Made by a program: the position numbers and the translations under genes. From positions 1 through 64,000 of IMG/VR virus record IMGVR_UViG_3300020394_000267: a stretch of 64,000 bases of DNA. One strand, given 5' to 3'. Shown one piece after another: positions 50,218 through 59,006 of this stretch. Positions within the stretch are counted from its first letter, which is position 1; the number at the start of each line of letters is the position of its first letter. Source of the stretch: a virus. The notes beneath the pieces are model-generated. The model was not told the DNA's origin. It ran no database searches and saw only the letters and a list, made by a program, of their open reading frames with translations.

Positions 50218-50285
50218 AAAAACGCTTGACACTTGGACTAGACTTGTGTTATCATATATAGCTATGATACACAAGGAGTCCAATA

Positions 50286-50798
50286 ATGGCAAAAAGAATA
50301 ACTAAGGACGATTTTCGTCCAGACAAACCGAAGCGTAGGCGTAGAAAACCTATGACTGAGGAACAGAAAGCTGCCGCTGTCGAAAGATTAGCGAAAGCGC
50401 GTGAGGCGAGGTTGAAAAAGAACCCGCCTAAATTGAAGCATGTACATCCAGATGTATTAGCGAAACCCGATGACGATTGGTTATCATATAACAAGGTCAA
50501 GGGTTGGATTAAATACAACAAAGAGATGATACCGTCCATCAAACAAGAGATAAGGGCGAATCAAAAGGGTGCGATTGCTAGACTTGAATCAGTTAAAGGT
50601 TACATTAGACAAATGGAAACTTATCTGAAACATAATGTATGGTTATCTAATTTCGCAGGCGAAGACCAAAATAAAAAGGTAGTCTGGGAATGTGTTGTTC
50701 CAGCATACGACAAAGAAGGCAATATCAAACGCCAGAAGGGGGTCTATTACAAAGACCTTGGGTTTGTATGGGGGGAGCAAGACGATGATATTGATTGA
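50286..50798 (+). CDS. Conserved basic hypothetical protein
   Basis: RKPMTEEQKAAAVERLAKAREAR; promoter-like TTGACA-18-TATCAT at 50226-50255. Confidence 0.8.
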   Translation: MAKRITKDDFRPDKPKRRRRKPMTEEQKAAAVERLAKAREARLKKNPPKLKHVHPDVLAKPDDDWLSYNKVKGWIKYNKEMIPSIKQEIRANQKGAIARLESVKGYIRQMETYLKHNVWLSNFAGEDQNKKVVWECVVPAYDKEGNIKRQKGVYYKDLGFVWGEQDDDID

Positions 50799-51669
50799 TT
50801 ATAATCAAATTAGTATCGGCAATCTAATGGCGGAACTCAATGGTTCTAAAGATGGCGATATTAATATAGATTTGGTTCGCCATATGATACTCAATACTTT
50901 GCGAAGTTATAAAACAAAGTATGGTGAGGAGTATGGTGATTTGGTTATTGCTTGTGACAACAGACGATATTGGAGAAGACAAGTATTTCCCCAATACAAG
51001 GCAAGTAGAAAGAAAACACGCGAAGATAGTGGATATGATTGGACATCTATCTTTGAGGGTCTTTCACTAGTCAGACAAGAATTACAACAGCACATGCCGT
51101 ATCCAGTTATTGATGTGGATGGTGCTGAGGCAGATGATGTAATTGGTACACTGGCAGAGTGGAGTCAGTCAAATGATTTGGTACAGGATGGTTTATTTGA
51201 ATCGCCTAGACCATTTCTTATTGTATCTGGTGACCACGATTTCCAACAGTTACAGAAATGGGATAATGTTGTTCAATTCTCACCAATGAAAAAACGGTTC
51301 ATCAAGATTAAAGAACCCGCTGAACATATACTGAGGGAACATATTATTAGAGGTGATAAAGGCGATGGAGTGCCTAACATTCACAGTGATGACGATTCAT
51401 TCGTTGAGGGTAGGAGACAAAGACCTATCAGAAAAACACTGGTTGCTGAGTGGAAAACACAGAAACCAGAGGAATGGGTAACAGGTGAAATGGCTGCTGG
51501 TTATATACGAAATAAAACTATGGTTGATTTATCGCAGACACCAGCAGAAATCAAGGAACAGATTGTTTTCCAGTACACTCAACAGCTCAATAAGTCGGCT
51601 GAGGACATGTATAAATACTTTACGAACTTTGGTCTTGACAGACTTATTGAAGTAATTGATGAATTTTAA
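50785..51669 (+). CDS. rnh: T4 RNase H (5'-3' exonuclease)
   Basis: LIDYNQ, YWRR..FP.YKA.R, EADD, SGDHDF.QL, GDKGDGVPN. Confidence 0.96.
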   Translation: MILIDYNQISIGNLMAELNGSKDGDINIDLVRHMILNTLRSYKTKYGEEYGDLVIACDNRRYWRRQVFPQYKASRKKTREDSGYDWTSIFEGLSLVRQELQQHMPYPVIDVDGAEADDVIGTLAEWSQSNDLVQDGLFESPRPFLIVSGDHDFQQLQKWDNVVQFSPMKKRFIKIKEPAEHILREHIIRGDKGDGVPNIHSDDDSFVEGRRQRPIRKTLVAEWKTQKPEEWVTGEMAAGYIRNKTMVDLSQTPAEIKEQIVFQYTQQLNKSAEDMYKYFTNFGLDRLIEVIDEF

Positions 51670-51680
51670 TGAGGTAAAAT

Positions 51681-52172
51681 ATGAGAAAATTTAGACAAAT
51701 GAATGAAGGTTTCGACTATGTATTTGAAGGCGAAACCGTAGACGAGCAAGTCACTCGTTTAAAAGAATGGGGACAAACCAACCAATGCCTAGTTCCGATA
51801 GTGCGAATTGGTGTAGGTGCGGAGAAACCAGAATGGGGATTACCAGAAGGCATGCCCGAAACCACTAAAATTGAAGAGGATACGCCAGATGGATTAGGTG
51901 CAACATCTATCCAAATGGAATGGCGTAGAATCAAGCAATTTACAGACCCAAATTCTAATATGAAGAATCTACCAACTTGGAAACAAGAAATGAATTGGTT
52001 ACAGATTCTTGAGGGCGTACATCCAGAAGAGGCAAAGATATTAACATCTGTAAAAGATGGTGCTCTACTTGGACTATACCCGAAGTTAGAAAAACTCATG
52101 GCACCCTTGGGAATTACCGAGTATAACAAACCCAAGAAAACTAGGAAAACCAGAAAGAAAAAGGAAGTATAA
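51681..52172 (+). CDS. Conserved T4-like protein (DUF6433-like)
   Basis: LPEG.P, QILEGVHPEEAKIL..VKD. Confidence 0.8.
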   Translation: MRKFRQMNEGFDYVFEGETVDEQVTRLKEWGQTNQCLVPIVRIGVGAEKPEWGLPEGMPETTKIEEDTPDGLGATSIQMEWRRIKQFTDPNSNMKNLPTWKQEMNWLQILEGVHPEEAKILTSVKDGALLGLYPKLEKLMAPLGITEYNKPKKTRKTRKKKEV

Positions 52173-52429
52173 TGGCAGATTTGACCAAACAATTAACCCA
52201 TACTTTGAAAATCTATTTCGATAGTCAGATAAACAAGCACAAAATAAATGTACAAGTTTTGATGCAAAAAGGCGTGGGAGTTGCAGAACATCCAGATATA
52301 ATGCAAACGATTGAGGACGAACTTGGCAAGATTGCTGAATTCAAGGATAAACTAGAGGCACTAGATACACTTGATATCGCAGATGAAAATCAGTTGAGTT
52401 TTTTAAGGGAAGATGGAACGAGCCAGTAG
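52172..52429 (+). CDS. Conserved small T4-like protein
   Basis: GVGVAEHPDIMQTIEDEL. Confidence 0.8.
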   Translation: MADLTKQLTHTLKIYFDSQINKHKINVQVLMQKGVGVAEHPDIMQTIEDELGKIAEFKDKLEALDTLDIADENQLSFLREDGTSQ

Positions 52430-52943
52430 ATTCTTTTTGTTCAAATGTGGTGGTTGGAAGAATGAATTTTGGATTGTAGATGAACATAGTCTACAAGAGG
52501 TTCCAAAACCACGCGAGATGATAATCAAATTCTCTACCGTTGAAAAGGTCAGAGAATATGTTATTACACAAAACCCCCAAGACCTACCAATAGTCGATAG
52601 GTGCAGAGACCGTACCGCTTGGCACACGCCAGAAGGTCGAGAACGCATAAAACAGGCTAAACTAGGTCAAAGTAACCCCAATTCTACAGGATTGTCAGAG
52701 GCGCATAAGGCGAAGATATCGCAGACTATGACAGGTACTAGACAGGGTGAATTCAATCCTATGTATGGGCGAACACACAAAGCGCATACCATAGAACTAA
52801 TCAGACAGAAGGCATTTGCACGCCCTAAAATGAGGTGGTGTGTAGAACCGTCTGGCAAGTCCCATTTGATACGCGCTGACGGTGAAATACCCGATGAGTG
52901 GCAATGGGGACGATATTACGACAAATATAGACCAAATGAGTGA
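52413..52943 (+). CDS. NUMOD3-repeat DNA-binding protein (homing endonuclease-related)
   Basis: HTPEGRERIK, SEAHKAKIS, GEFNPMYGRTH. Confidence 0.7.
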   Translation: MERASRFFLFKCGGWKNEFWIVDEHSLQEVPKPREMIIKFSTVEKVREYVITQNPQDLPIVDRCRDRTAWHTPEGRERIKQAKLGQSNPNSTGLSEAHKAKISQTMTGTRQGEFNPMYGRTHKAHTIELIRQKAFARPKMRWCVEPSGKSHLIRADGEIPDEWQWGRYYDKYRPNE

Positions 52944-52977
52944 ATTTTTTTATCAATTTTTTTGCTTTTCCCAGTTA

Positions 52978-53045
52978 AATCAATGACTTACAGAGGCGGA
53001 TTTATCGCTATTTTCCTTGACTTTTGCCCTAAAATATGGGATCAT
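52978..53045 (+). promoter_or_regulatory. Early promoter (TTGACT-17-GATCAT) with IHF site
   Basis: AATCAATGACTTA 52978-52990; -35 at 53017-53022; -10 at 53040-53045. Confidence 0.8.
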
Positions 53046-53075
53046 ATACATGTAATTAGGAAAGTGAGAGAAAAT

Positions 53076-53324
53076 ATGACAAATAAGATAAATTTCGTTG
53101 GTGCAAATAATGGTGGTCTTGAGTTTGTTCTTGAGAATGACAGTTATGAGAATAAACTTGTGGGCAAAAACCTTGAAGAGTGTGCTTTGATTATCGCAAA
53201 ACACGGTCTTGCTGACAGAGTGATGGGAAGTTCTTCAATGGACTTTGCTAGTGAGGATGGATTTGAAACCGATGATGGTGCGATGACTATGTACCAATAT
53301 GCAATTAAATTAAGTGGAGTGTAA
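53076..53324 (+). CDS. Early hypothetical protein
   Basis: First ATG after promoter; SSSMDFASE.GF. Confidence 0.75.
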   Translation: MTNKINFVGANNGGLEFVLENDSYENKLVGKNLEECALIIAKHGLADRVMGSSSMDFASEDGFETDDGAMTMYQYAIKLSGV

Positions 53325-53325
53325 T

Positions 53326-53556
53326 ATGACAGGATTAGTTGAAACAGAATTAACTTTGACGCTCAATCAGATTATTGAGAAAATGGGTGCCCCCAAAGGC
53401 ACTACCTATGACCAGTTAGATGAAGGTCAACAGGCACATGTGGATGCCTACTGTGAACAGTTTGACCCAGACCAACCCGATTTTGAAAACGGACAGTGCT
53501 ACTGTGGTGAGTACAATTGCCCAGAAGCGTATGAACATGCAACGAGTGGGTGGTAA
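53326..53556 (+). CDS. Small protein with C-terminal Cys/His cluster
   Basis: CYCGEYNCPEAYEH. Confidence 0.65.
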   Translation: MTGLVETELTLTLNQIIEKMGAPKGTTYDQLDEGQQAHVDAYCEQFDPDQPDFENGQCYCGEYNCPEAYEHATSGW

Positions 53557-54162
53557 GTGAAGAATTTTACAGAGAAAATAATTCTAACCGATTGTGATGG
53601 AGTCTGCCTAGATTGGGAGACTGCATTTTTCACATGGATGGCGCATAATGGGATGAACCCAGTAGGCGAAGATTGGAAACTCAAGTATAAAGTTTCCCAG
53701 AGATTTGGAGTAACGCAGGCAGAAGGTCAGAGATTGACTAATCAGTTCAACAGTTCTGCTGCTATTGGATTCTTGCCCCCATTGAGGGACGCCCAGTATT
53801 ACATGAAGAAACTTTCTGAAAAACATGGGTACAAGTTTGTCGCTGTCACTAGTTTACATAGTGACCCATACGCACAAGAGTTGAGAACTCAAAACCTTAA
53901 AAAGTTATTTGGAGAGGACACATTCATCGAGTATTATTACTTGGATTGTGGTGCTGACAAGGATGAGATATTAGAAGAGTTGAGTCATAAATACTATGGC
54001 GCGCCTTGGGTCGAGGACAAGTATGTCAATGTTGAAGTTGGCATGAAAGTCGGATTTCAAGGATTTCTAATCGAACACGGGCATAACCTAAATTACAAAG
54101 GAAATGCCACCATTGTCAAGAATTGGGAGCAAATCTATGACACGCTTACTAAAGGAAGTTGA
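53557..54162 (+). CDS. HAD-family 5'(3')-nucleotidase-like (T4 gp30.2-like)
   Basis: LTDCDGVCLDW, VTS, WVEDK. Confidence 0.85.
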   Translation: MKNFTEKIILTDCDGVCLDWETAFFTWMAHNGMNPVGEDWKLKYKVSQRFGVTQAEGQRLTNQFNSSAAIGFLPPLRDAQYYMKKLSEKHGYKFVAVTSLHSDPYAQELRTQNLKKLFGEDTFIEYYYLDCGADKDEILEELSHKYYGAPWVEDKYVNVEVGMKVGFQGFLIEHGHNLNYKGNATIVKNWEQIYDTLTKGS

Positions 54163-54319
54163 CCACGATTCGGGCAGAGAATTTGATTCTTTTTGCCACG
54201 AGTTATTTCACCAGAATTGTTCAGAGAGGGAAGCGTATAACGAACCGCTGCTCACCTATGATGAATATGTAGCAAAAAACATGGATTTTCTGGTGGAGAC
54301 ATTTAAAAAGAGGAGTTAA
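54137..54319 (+). CDS. Small hypothetical protein
   Basis: GGAG RBS; NCSER.AY.E motif. Confidence 0.6.
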   Translation: MTRLLKEVDHDSGREFDSFCHELFHQNCSEREAYNEPLLTYDEYVAKNMDFLVETFKKRS

Positions 54320-54320
54320 C

Positions 54321-54548
54321 ATGGGTATGGAAGTACTCGCCGGCTTGTTCGGCATTTCAGTGTATGTGGCATATTCGCTAGGATTCAAAAAAGGAACATC
54401 TACATCAGCACAGGTAACTATGCTGATGATGAGAGAGTTTCTAAATGAAAGTCAAGGCAGTGATTGGACAGACATCACATTAGGAAAAAACTTTAACAGG
54501 GTACATCGATGGATGCAACAGGTCGAAGATGCCACGGAAGAATCCTAG
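54321..54548 (+). CDS. Small membrane-anchored protein
   Basis: GAGGAG RBS, N-terminal TM. Confidence 0.6.
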   Translation: MGMEVLAGLFGISVYVAYSLGFKKGTSTSAQVTMLMMREFLNESQGSDWTDITLGKNFNRVHRWMQQVEDATEES

Positions 54549-54864
54549 TCTAGTACAATACCAGAAAATGCTTTCCGAGTTCAATTGGAATTGGGAGGCG
54601 GAAACTGAGATAGCGATGTTGGATATATCTGCTGCTCAGAGAAGGAAACAGGAGAAGAGGGAAAACGAATTAATTGATTACAGTCTGGTGTCGCCGATGC
54701 ACACTGAGTTATACAATGCCCATTTCGTTTTTGCTACTGAGGATGGCCCGAAACCAAAACTGGAGAAAGCGGGAAAAGAAAACGGAAAAACTGTCTACAA
54801 AATCATACACGATGAGGATGACGGTTTAATTTTTGATTGGAGAAAACAACATGTACGAGTATAA
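54529..54864 (+). CDS. Hypothetical protein
   Basis: Overlaps neighbours in operon. Confidence 0.55.
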   Translation: MPRKNPSLVQYQKMLSEFNWNWEAETEIAMLDISAAQRRKQEKRENELIDYSLVSPMHTELYNAHFVFATEDGPKPKLEKAGKENGKTVYKIIHDEDDGLIFDWRKQHVRV

Positions 54865-55216
54865 CATAGTAATACAACGCTGGGTGGATGGCGATACAGT
54901 CGATGTCGATATAGACTTAGGCTTTGGAGTATGGTTAAATGACCAGCGAGTAAGACTGGCGGGTATCAATGCCCCAGAGAGCAGAACGCGAGACTTAGAA
55001 GAGAAGAAACTAGGACTGGCGGCAAAAGACTTCTGTAAGAATTTCTGTAAGGAAGGCGAGTATGCTAAATTGGTATGTAAGAAATACGATTCCAAGGGCA
55101 AATTCGGAAGGATTCTAGGAGAGATTTGGAGCATAACGAATTACGCAGATAAATCATTGAACGAATATTTACTTGATAAAGGACACGCTACAGAATATCA
55201 TGGCGGCAAAAGGTAG
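54851..55216 (+). CDS. Thermonuclease (SNase) family nuclease
   Basis: VDGDT, RVRLAGINAPE, KFGRILG. Confidence 0.92.
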   Translation: MYEYNIVIQRWVDGDTVDVDIDLGFGVWLNDQRVRLAGINAPESRTRDLEEKKLGLAAKDFCKNFCKEGEYAKLVCKKYDSKGKFGRILGEIWSITNYADKSLNEYLLDKGHATEYHGGKR

Positions 55217-56174
55217 TCTATCCAGAAATCTAATTACAGGTGGTTGCTCATTCACGGCACATAAGACGCGAGAAACCCTAGCATGGGCTGAACAACTATC
55301 TGAGAAATACGATAATGTAATTAACACCGCTGAGATGGCGAGTGGGAATCAGATTATCTGTGACAGGATATGCTACGAATTAAGCAAACCAGAAGTAACG
55401 AGTGAGAACACAATGGTCGCTGTCATGTGGAGTTCGCCCTTTAGAAAAGAATTCCTATTCACATATGATGACCCAGACTATACAGACATATGGCAAAGAT
55501 TCAAAGACAAAATAGGATTCAGCAACTATATTCTAACAGATAAACAACACGAGAAACATTCCACATCCAACTGGCTTATAGTAGGGGGCGGATATGGCAT
55601 CTGGAATTACGAAGTAACGCCGCTGGACGCTAGATTGAAAAACTATTTTAGTGATATATACAATCCCGAAGAGGCATATGTGAGCACTCTGAGGGCCATG
55701 ATTACTGTACAAAGTTTATGTCAGGCGAAAAGAATCCCGCTGTTAAACATGACATGGCAGAGTATCTTTCATGATTTAAGTGCAAAAGATTTCGAGAGTG
55801 ATGAAAGTTTTTGGAAAAAGGATATAGTCAGCACGACAGGATGGTTATATACGCGACTGAGAACAGCATTTAGCAACAGATTACGCGATAAAGGATTACT
55901 GAATGAGCAGGAAATGAAATCCGATATGCATAACAAAAGAATTGATAGATTATATCCCAACACAAAACACTGGTTTGAGCTAATCGATTGGGGTACATGG
56001 CACTTCTATGAAAACGATTTAATTCAGAAAGGTGGATTACAAGAGTTTTCGCATTATGAGTGTGGCACAAAAAGTGAAGAATTAAAGAATCATCCTAGCA
56101 CAAAAGTACAAACAAAATGGATGAATAGAATAATGAAAGTGATAGAGGAAAAATATGGCATGGAAACGAGTTAA
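55200..56174 (+). CDS. SGNH-like hypothetical protein
   Basis: GGCSFT, SGN, VMWS, NHPS. Confidence 0.7.
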   Translation: MAAKGSLSRNLITGGCSFTAHKTRETLAWAEQLSEKYDNVINTAEMASGNQIICDRICYELSKPEVTSENTMVAVMWSSPFRKEFLFTYDDPDYTDIWQRFKDKIGFSNYILTDKQHEKHSTSNWLIVGGGYGIWNYEVTPLDARLKNYFSDIYNPEEAYVSTLRAMITVQSLCQAKRIPLLNMTWQSIFHDLSAKDFESDESFWKKDIVSTTGWLYTRLRTAFSNRLRDKGLLNEQEMKSDMHNKRIDRLYPNTKHWFELIDWGTWHFYENDLIQKGGLQEFSHYECGTKSEELKNHPSTKVQTKWMNRIMKVIEEKYGMETS

Positions 56175-56355
56175 AGAAACGCTATGGGGAAATCCTAATA
56201 AAGGCATTAGTGGAGAACCAGACCCAAACGATTTAACATTAGAGAACGCTTATAAGACGCGCTGGATATGGTATCACACTATATTGGGAATCGAATTATT
56301 AATCGTTATTATAGTACAGGTTGCTATATTGACGCTTCTGGCAGTGAAACTATAG
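56155..56355 (+). CDS. Small membrane protein
   Basis: NAYKTRWIWYHTILGIEL followed by TM. Confidence 0.7.
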   Translation: MAWKRVKETLWGNPNKGISGEPDPNDLTLENAYKTRWIWYHTILGIELLIVIIVQVAILTLLAVKL

Positions 56356-56797
56356 AGGAAAAGTTATGTGGCAAACAGGTGGATTTCTTAATACATTAAT
56401 GTGGTTTTTATTGGGGTATTGGGTAGGTATAGGAATGCCTCTACCCGCTATGCCATGGTGTTTATTTGGGTATTGTATATCATGATTACCAGTTGCTTTA
56501 TACAGATAATGTTCGCTTTTATTATAGGGTATATGATAGGAAAGTATAGTGCGCCCTATAGGTAAGAAAGGAACGGTGAGCAGTCTAAGTCGCAATGAAA
56601 CGAAAAAGAACAAAAGACTTGCTAATAAAGGGATTCGCAGACAGGGTAAACGCCAGTCAGAGAGTTCTGTACTTGAACTGTGGAGGGAAAAAAGTGGGAA
56701 ATAGTGGTAATCTAAATCCGCGTGAGGGCAGGAGTGAGCGCCGCCGCCCGACTAAAAAATCAGACGCCGCTGCCGCTCCCAGACGCGGTAAACAGAG

Positions 56798-56826
56798 ATC
56801 ATACCACAGAGCGGCACTAATGTCAA
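56798..56826 (-). promoter_or_regulatory. Leftward sigma70 promoter TTGACA-17-TATGAT
   Basis: Reverse complement of ATCATA (56798-803) and TGTCAA (56821-826); extended -10 TG. Confidence 0.7.
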
Positions 56827-56890
56827 GCACTTTCCGCCATGCGTGGTGGCAGTGGCTGTGAAAATAATTCGTCTTTTTTGAAGAAAACGC

Positions 56891-56919
56891 TTGACAACTG
56901 CTGATCTAATGTGTATAAT
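56891..56919 (+). promoter_or_regulatory. Perfect sigma70 promoter TTGACA-17-TATAAT
   Basis: Exact consensus; GATC in spacer. Confidence 0.8.
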
Positions 56920-56954
56920 AGGGTGTCGCCTTTAAGAAGAGATATGGCTGCTGC

Positions 56955-57025
56955 TAAGTGATTGATATATAAGGGAAATAAAAGATAAAATAATACTTGA
57001 CAACTGGTCTCATATGTGAGATCAT
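56955..57025 (+). promoter_or_regulatory. Early promoter (TTGACA-17-GATCAT) with reverse IHF site
   Basis: TAAGTGATTGATA 56955-56967; -35 at 56997-57002; -10 at 57020-57025. Confidence 0.75.
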
Positions 57026-57059
57026 TATACCATACTGAGAGATGAGGAGATTATATAGT

Positions 57060-57440
57060 GTTGTGACAATAATTTAAACCCCAGTTAAACCGCACCATCT
57101 CACCGTGGTTGAGGTTCAAGGAAGAGTGCTATGGGGTCGGAAATGAATCACGGTGCCGAGTCGCAAAGGTGGCATGACCACGCTCCGATGAGGTAATGAC
57201 AGGCAGGGCTGGCTGCCATGAACAAGGTGGAGAGACAACTACTAAAGGAGAGTCCCCAGTAGTGGCAATGCACAAAGCAGTACCATGAAAAGGACAGGGC
57301 GGATGTCAAAGGGTGAGACCCGGCCGCTAACAGGGTTGTGCCTCAATACACACGCGCTCCCCCACGGTTAGGGGAGCATCACCCAGCAGCAGAGGGGTCA
57401 GGCGGGCCTATGCTTTGGGATCGAGGTGGTCGCCCTTACA
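57060..57440 (+). ncRNA. Candidate large structured non-coding RNA
   Basis: GC-rich island without a credible ORF downstream of two promoters; many hairpins and GNRA-like loops. Confidence 0.6.
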
Positions 57441-57531
57441 AGTGCATCTGGCATCCCCCCATATGCATTACTAAAAAAAGTTTTTGCCCACCCACAGAAA
57501 CCGCCACAGAATTTTTTTCGGGATATAAATT

Positions 57532-57969
57532 ATGGCAGATATAATTTTTGATGTAGACGGCACTCTTATGGATATTACTCATAGGAGGCATTTCGTTGCA
57601 CAGCGTCCCAAGGACTTTGATTCGTTTCGGAGTCATACTGAATTCGATACCAGAAAGGAAGATATCTTTGCCATTGCGGATGCGTTACAGTCACAGGGGC
57701 ATCGTATTCTTATATCTACTGGTAGGAATAAGTCTCAAAGGGATATTACCATTCAACAGATAAGGGATGGCGGTATAGACTTTGAGCAGATATACATGCG
57801 TTCTGATAGTGACTATACACCAGATGATGAGTTAAAGTCACGATTCTTAGACCGTATGATAGATGATGGTTACAATCCTACTATGGCATTTGATGACCGT
57901 CAAAGGGTTGTGGACATGTTTCGTTCACGAGGTTTAACCGTCTTCCAAGTAGCGGAAGGCAATTTTTAA
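57532..57969 (+). CDS. HAD 3'-phosphatase (PseT/PNK phosphatase domain, stand-alone)
   Basis: FDVDGTL, STGR, MR..D..PD..LK, FDDR, G..VFQVA.G.F. Confidence 0.9.
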   Translation: MADIIFDVDGTLMDITHRRHFVAQRPKDFDSFRSHTEFDTRKEDIFAIADALQSQGHRILISTGRNKSQRDITIQQIRDGGIDFEQIYMRSDSDYTPDDELKSRFLDRMIDDGYNPTMAFDDRQRVVDMFRSRGLTVFQVAEGNF

Positions 57970-57979
57970 AAAGGAAGTT

Positions 57980-58234
57980 ATGGGAGTCTACGGAATAAGA
58001 GATGAAAAATACCTTGAAAGAGAAGATACCGAGCTTAAATCAGAAGCAAGTAAACATATTGGTGCAAAGTTTGTTTTGGGGTCTCGTCCTAATAATGTTC
58101 GTATCAATGATGTATCCAACGCCAGCGCAATAGGTCTCTATATGTTACTAGGTTTTGGACTAGGTTATTTTTACAACGATATTAATATGGCATTACTGGA
58201 ATTATGGTGTATGGCGTATGGACTTATCTACTGA
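57980..58234 (+). CDS. Small membrane protein
   Basis: AAGGA RBS, TM segment. Confidence 0.55.
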   Translation: MGVYGIRDEKYLEREDTELKSEASKHIGAKFVLGSRPNNVRINDVSNASAIGLYMLLGFGLGYFYNDINMALLELWCMAYGLIY

Positions 58235-58880
58235 GTGGGAATTTAAAACTCTATGGGTATATGGTGATTCATTCGCCTGTGAACCTTCACAATGGGCAAA
58301 GATTCTTTCAGATAAACTAGGTTATTACAAGATAACTAATCATGGATGGCCTGGCAGTTCATTAGAAAGAACCAGTGTCCGACTGAGTGATACCTATTCA
58401 CTATGGGAACCAGAAGATGTAGTGGTTGTTTGTTTGACTGAGATACACCGCGAATGGGCAACTACACTGACTGTTAATGAGTCAAACAGACCAGTTCGTA
58501 AATTGAACACCGCGTTACGCAATCATATGATTTATTCCTTATCTTATTTAAAGGAGATATCCAATTTGCGTGCCTTGGTGGTACTGGACGGATTCAAGGA
58601 TAGTTCCAAGGCGAATAGAACTGTGACCATGCCCGCGAATCTGATATACAGTAACAAGGGTTCGCTCATGGAAGTAGCACAGGGAGAGATAAAAGACTCT
58701 GGCAATCAACCCGCCTTTCAAGCACAATCACCAGTGGGTGTAGACCCACGAGAGAACCATATGTCCCCAGTGAACCACGAAATTCTCGCTGATAAGGTGC
58801 TTTCTGCGATAGAATCGGGGTCTCGGTGGCAAACTATTGACTTAACAGAGGGATTTCAGCGTAAAATCTTCGATATTTGA
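58218..58880 (+). CDS. SGNH-like hypothetical protein
   Basis: YGDSF, N...PGSS, NHMSPVNH. Confidence 0.7.
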   Translation: MDLSTEWEFKTLWVYGDSFACEPSQWAKILSDKLGYYKITNHGWPGSSLERTSVRLSDTYSLWEPEDVVVVCLTEIHREWATTLTVNESNRPVRKLNTALRNHMIYSLSYLKEISNLRALVVLDGFKDSSKANRTVTMPANLIYSNKGSLMEVAQGEIKDSGNQPAFQAQSPVGVDPRENHMSPVNHEILADKVLSAIESGSRWQTIDLTEGFQRKIFDI

Positions 58881-58915
58881 GAAAAAAAATTCAACTTTTT
58901 TGCTTTCCTTTGGAA

Positions 58916-58978
58916 AATCAATGGCTTACGGAGGCAGCTTTTTCTTGACATTTGCCCCGATATATGGGATCATGATCC
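58916..58978 (+). promoter_or_regulatory. Early promoter (TTGACA-17-GATCAT) with IHF site
   Basis: AATCAATGGCTTA 58916-58928; -35 at 58945-58950; GGATCATGATCC 58967-58978. Confidence 0.8.
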
Positions 58979-59006
58979 TGTAATCAATTGAGAGAGGTAA
59001 AAAATT

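Noticed and set aside
56595-56861. 88-aa ORF across the GC-rich element
   Set aside because: Runs through a leftward promoter and hairpin; atypical composition; likely spurious.
57060-57440. RNase P RNA, tmRNA or intron identity
   Set aside because: GGAGAGTCC only weakly resembles the RNase P P4 motif and its partner is missing; no tRNA-like ends or tag ORF; not inside a gene.
57338-57544. 68-aa ORF in the ncRNA region
   Set aside because: GTG start without SD, atypical codon use, overlaps structured RNA.
1467-59006. Repeated intergenic sequences as CRISPR or mobile-element ends
   Set aside because: Dispersed rather than arrayed, and explained by promoter architecture; no cas or transposase genes.
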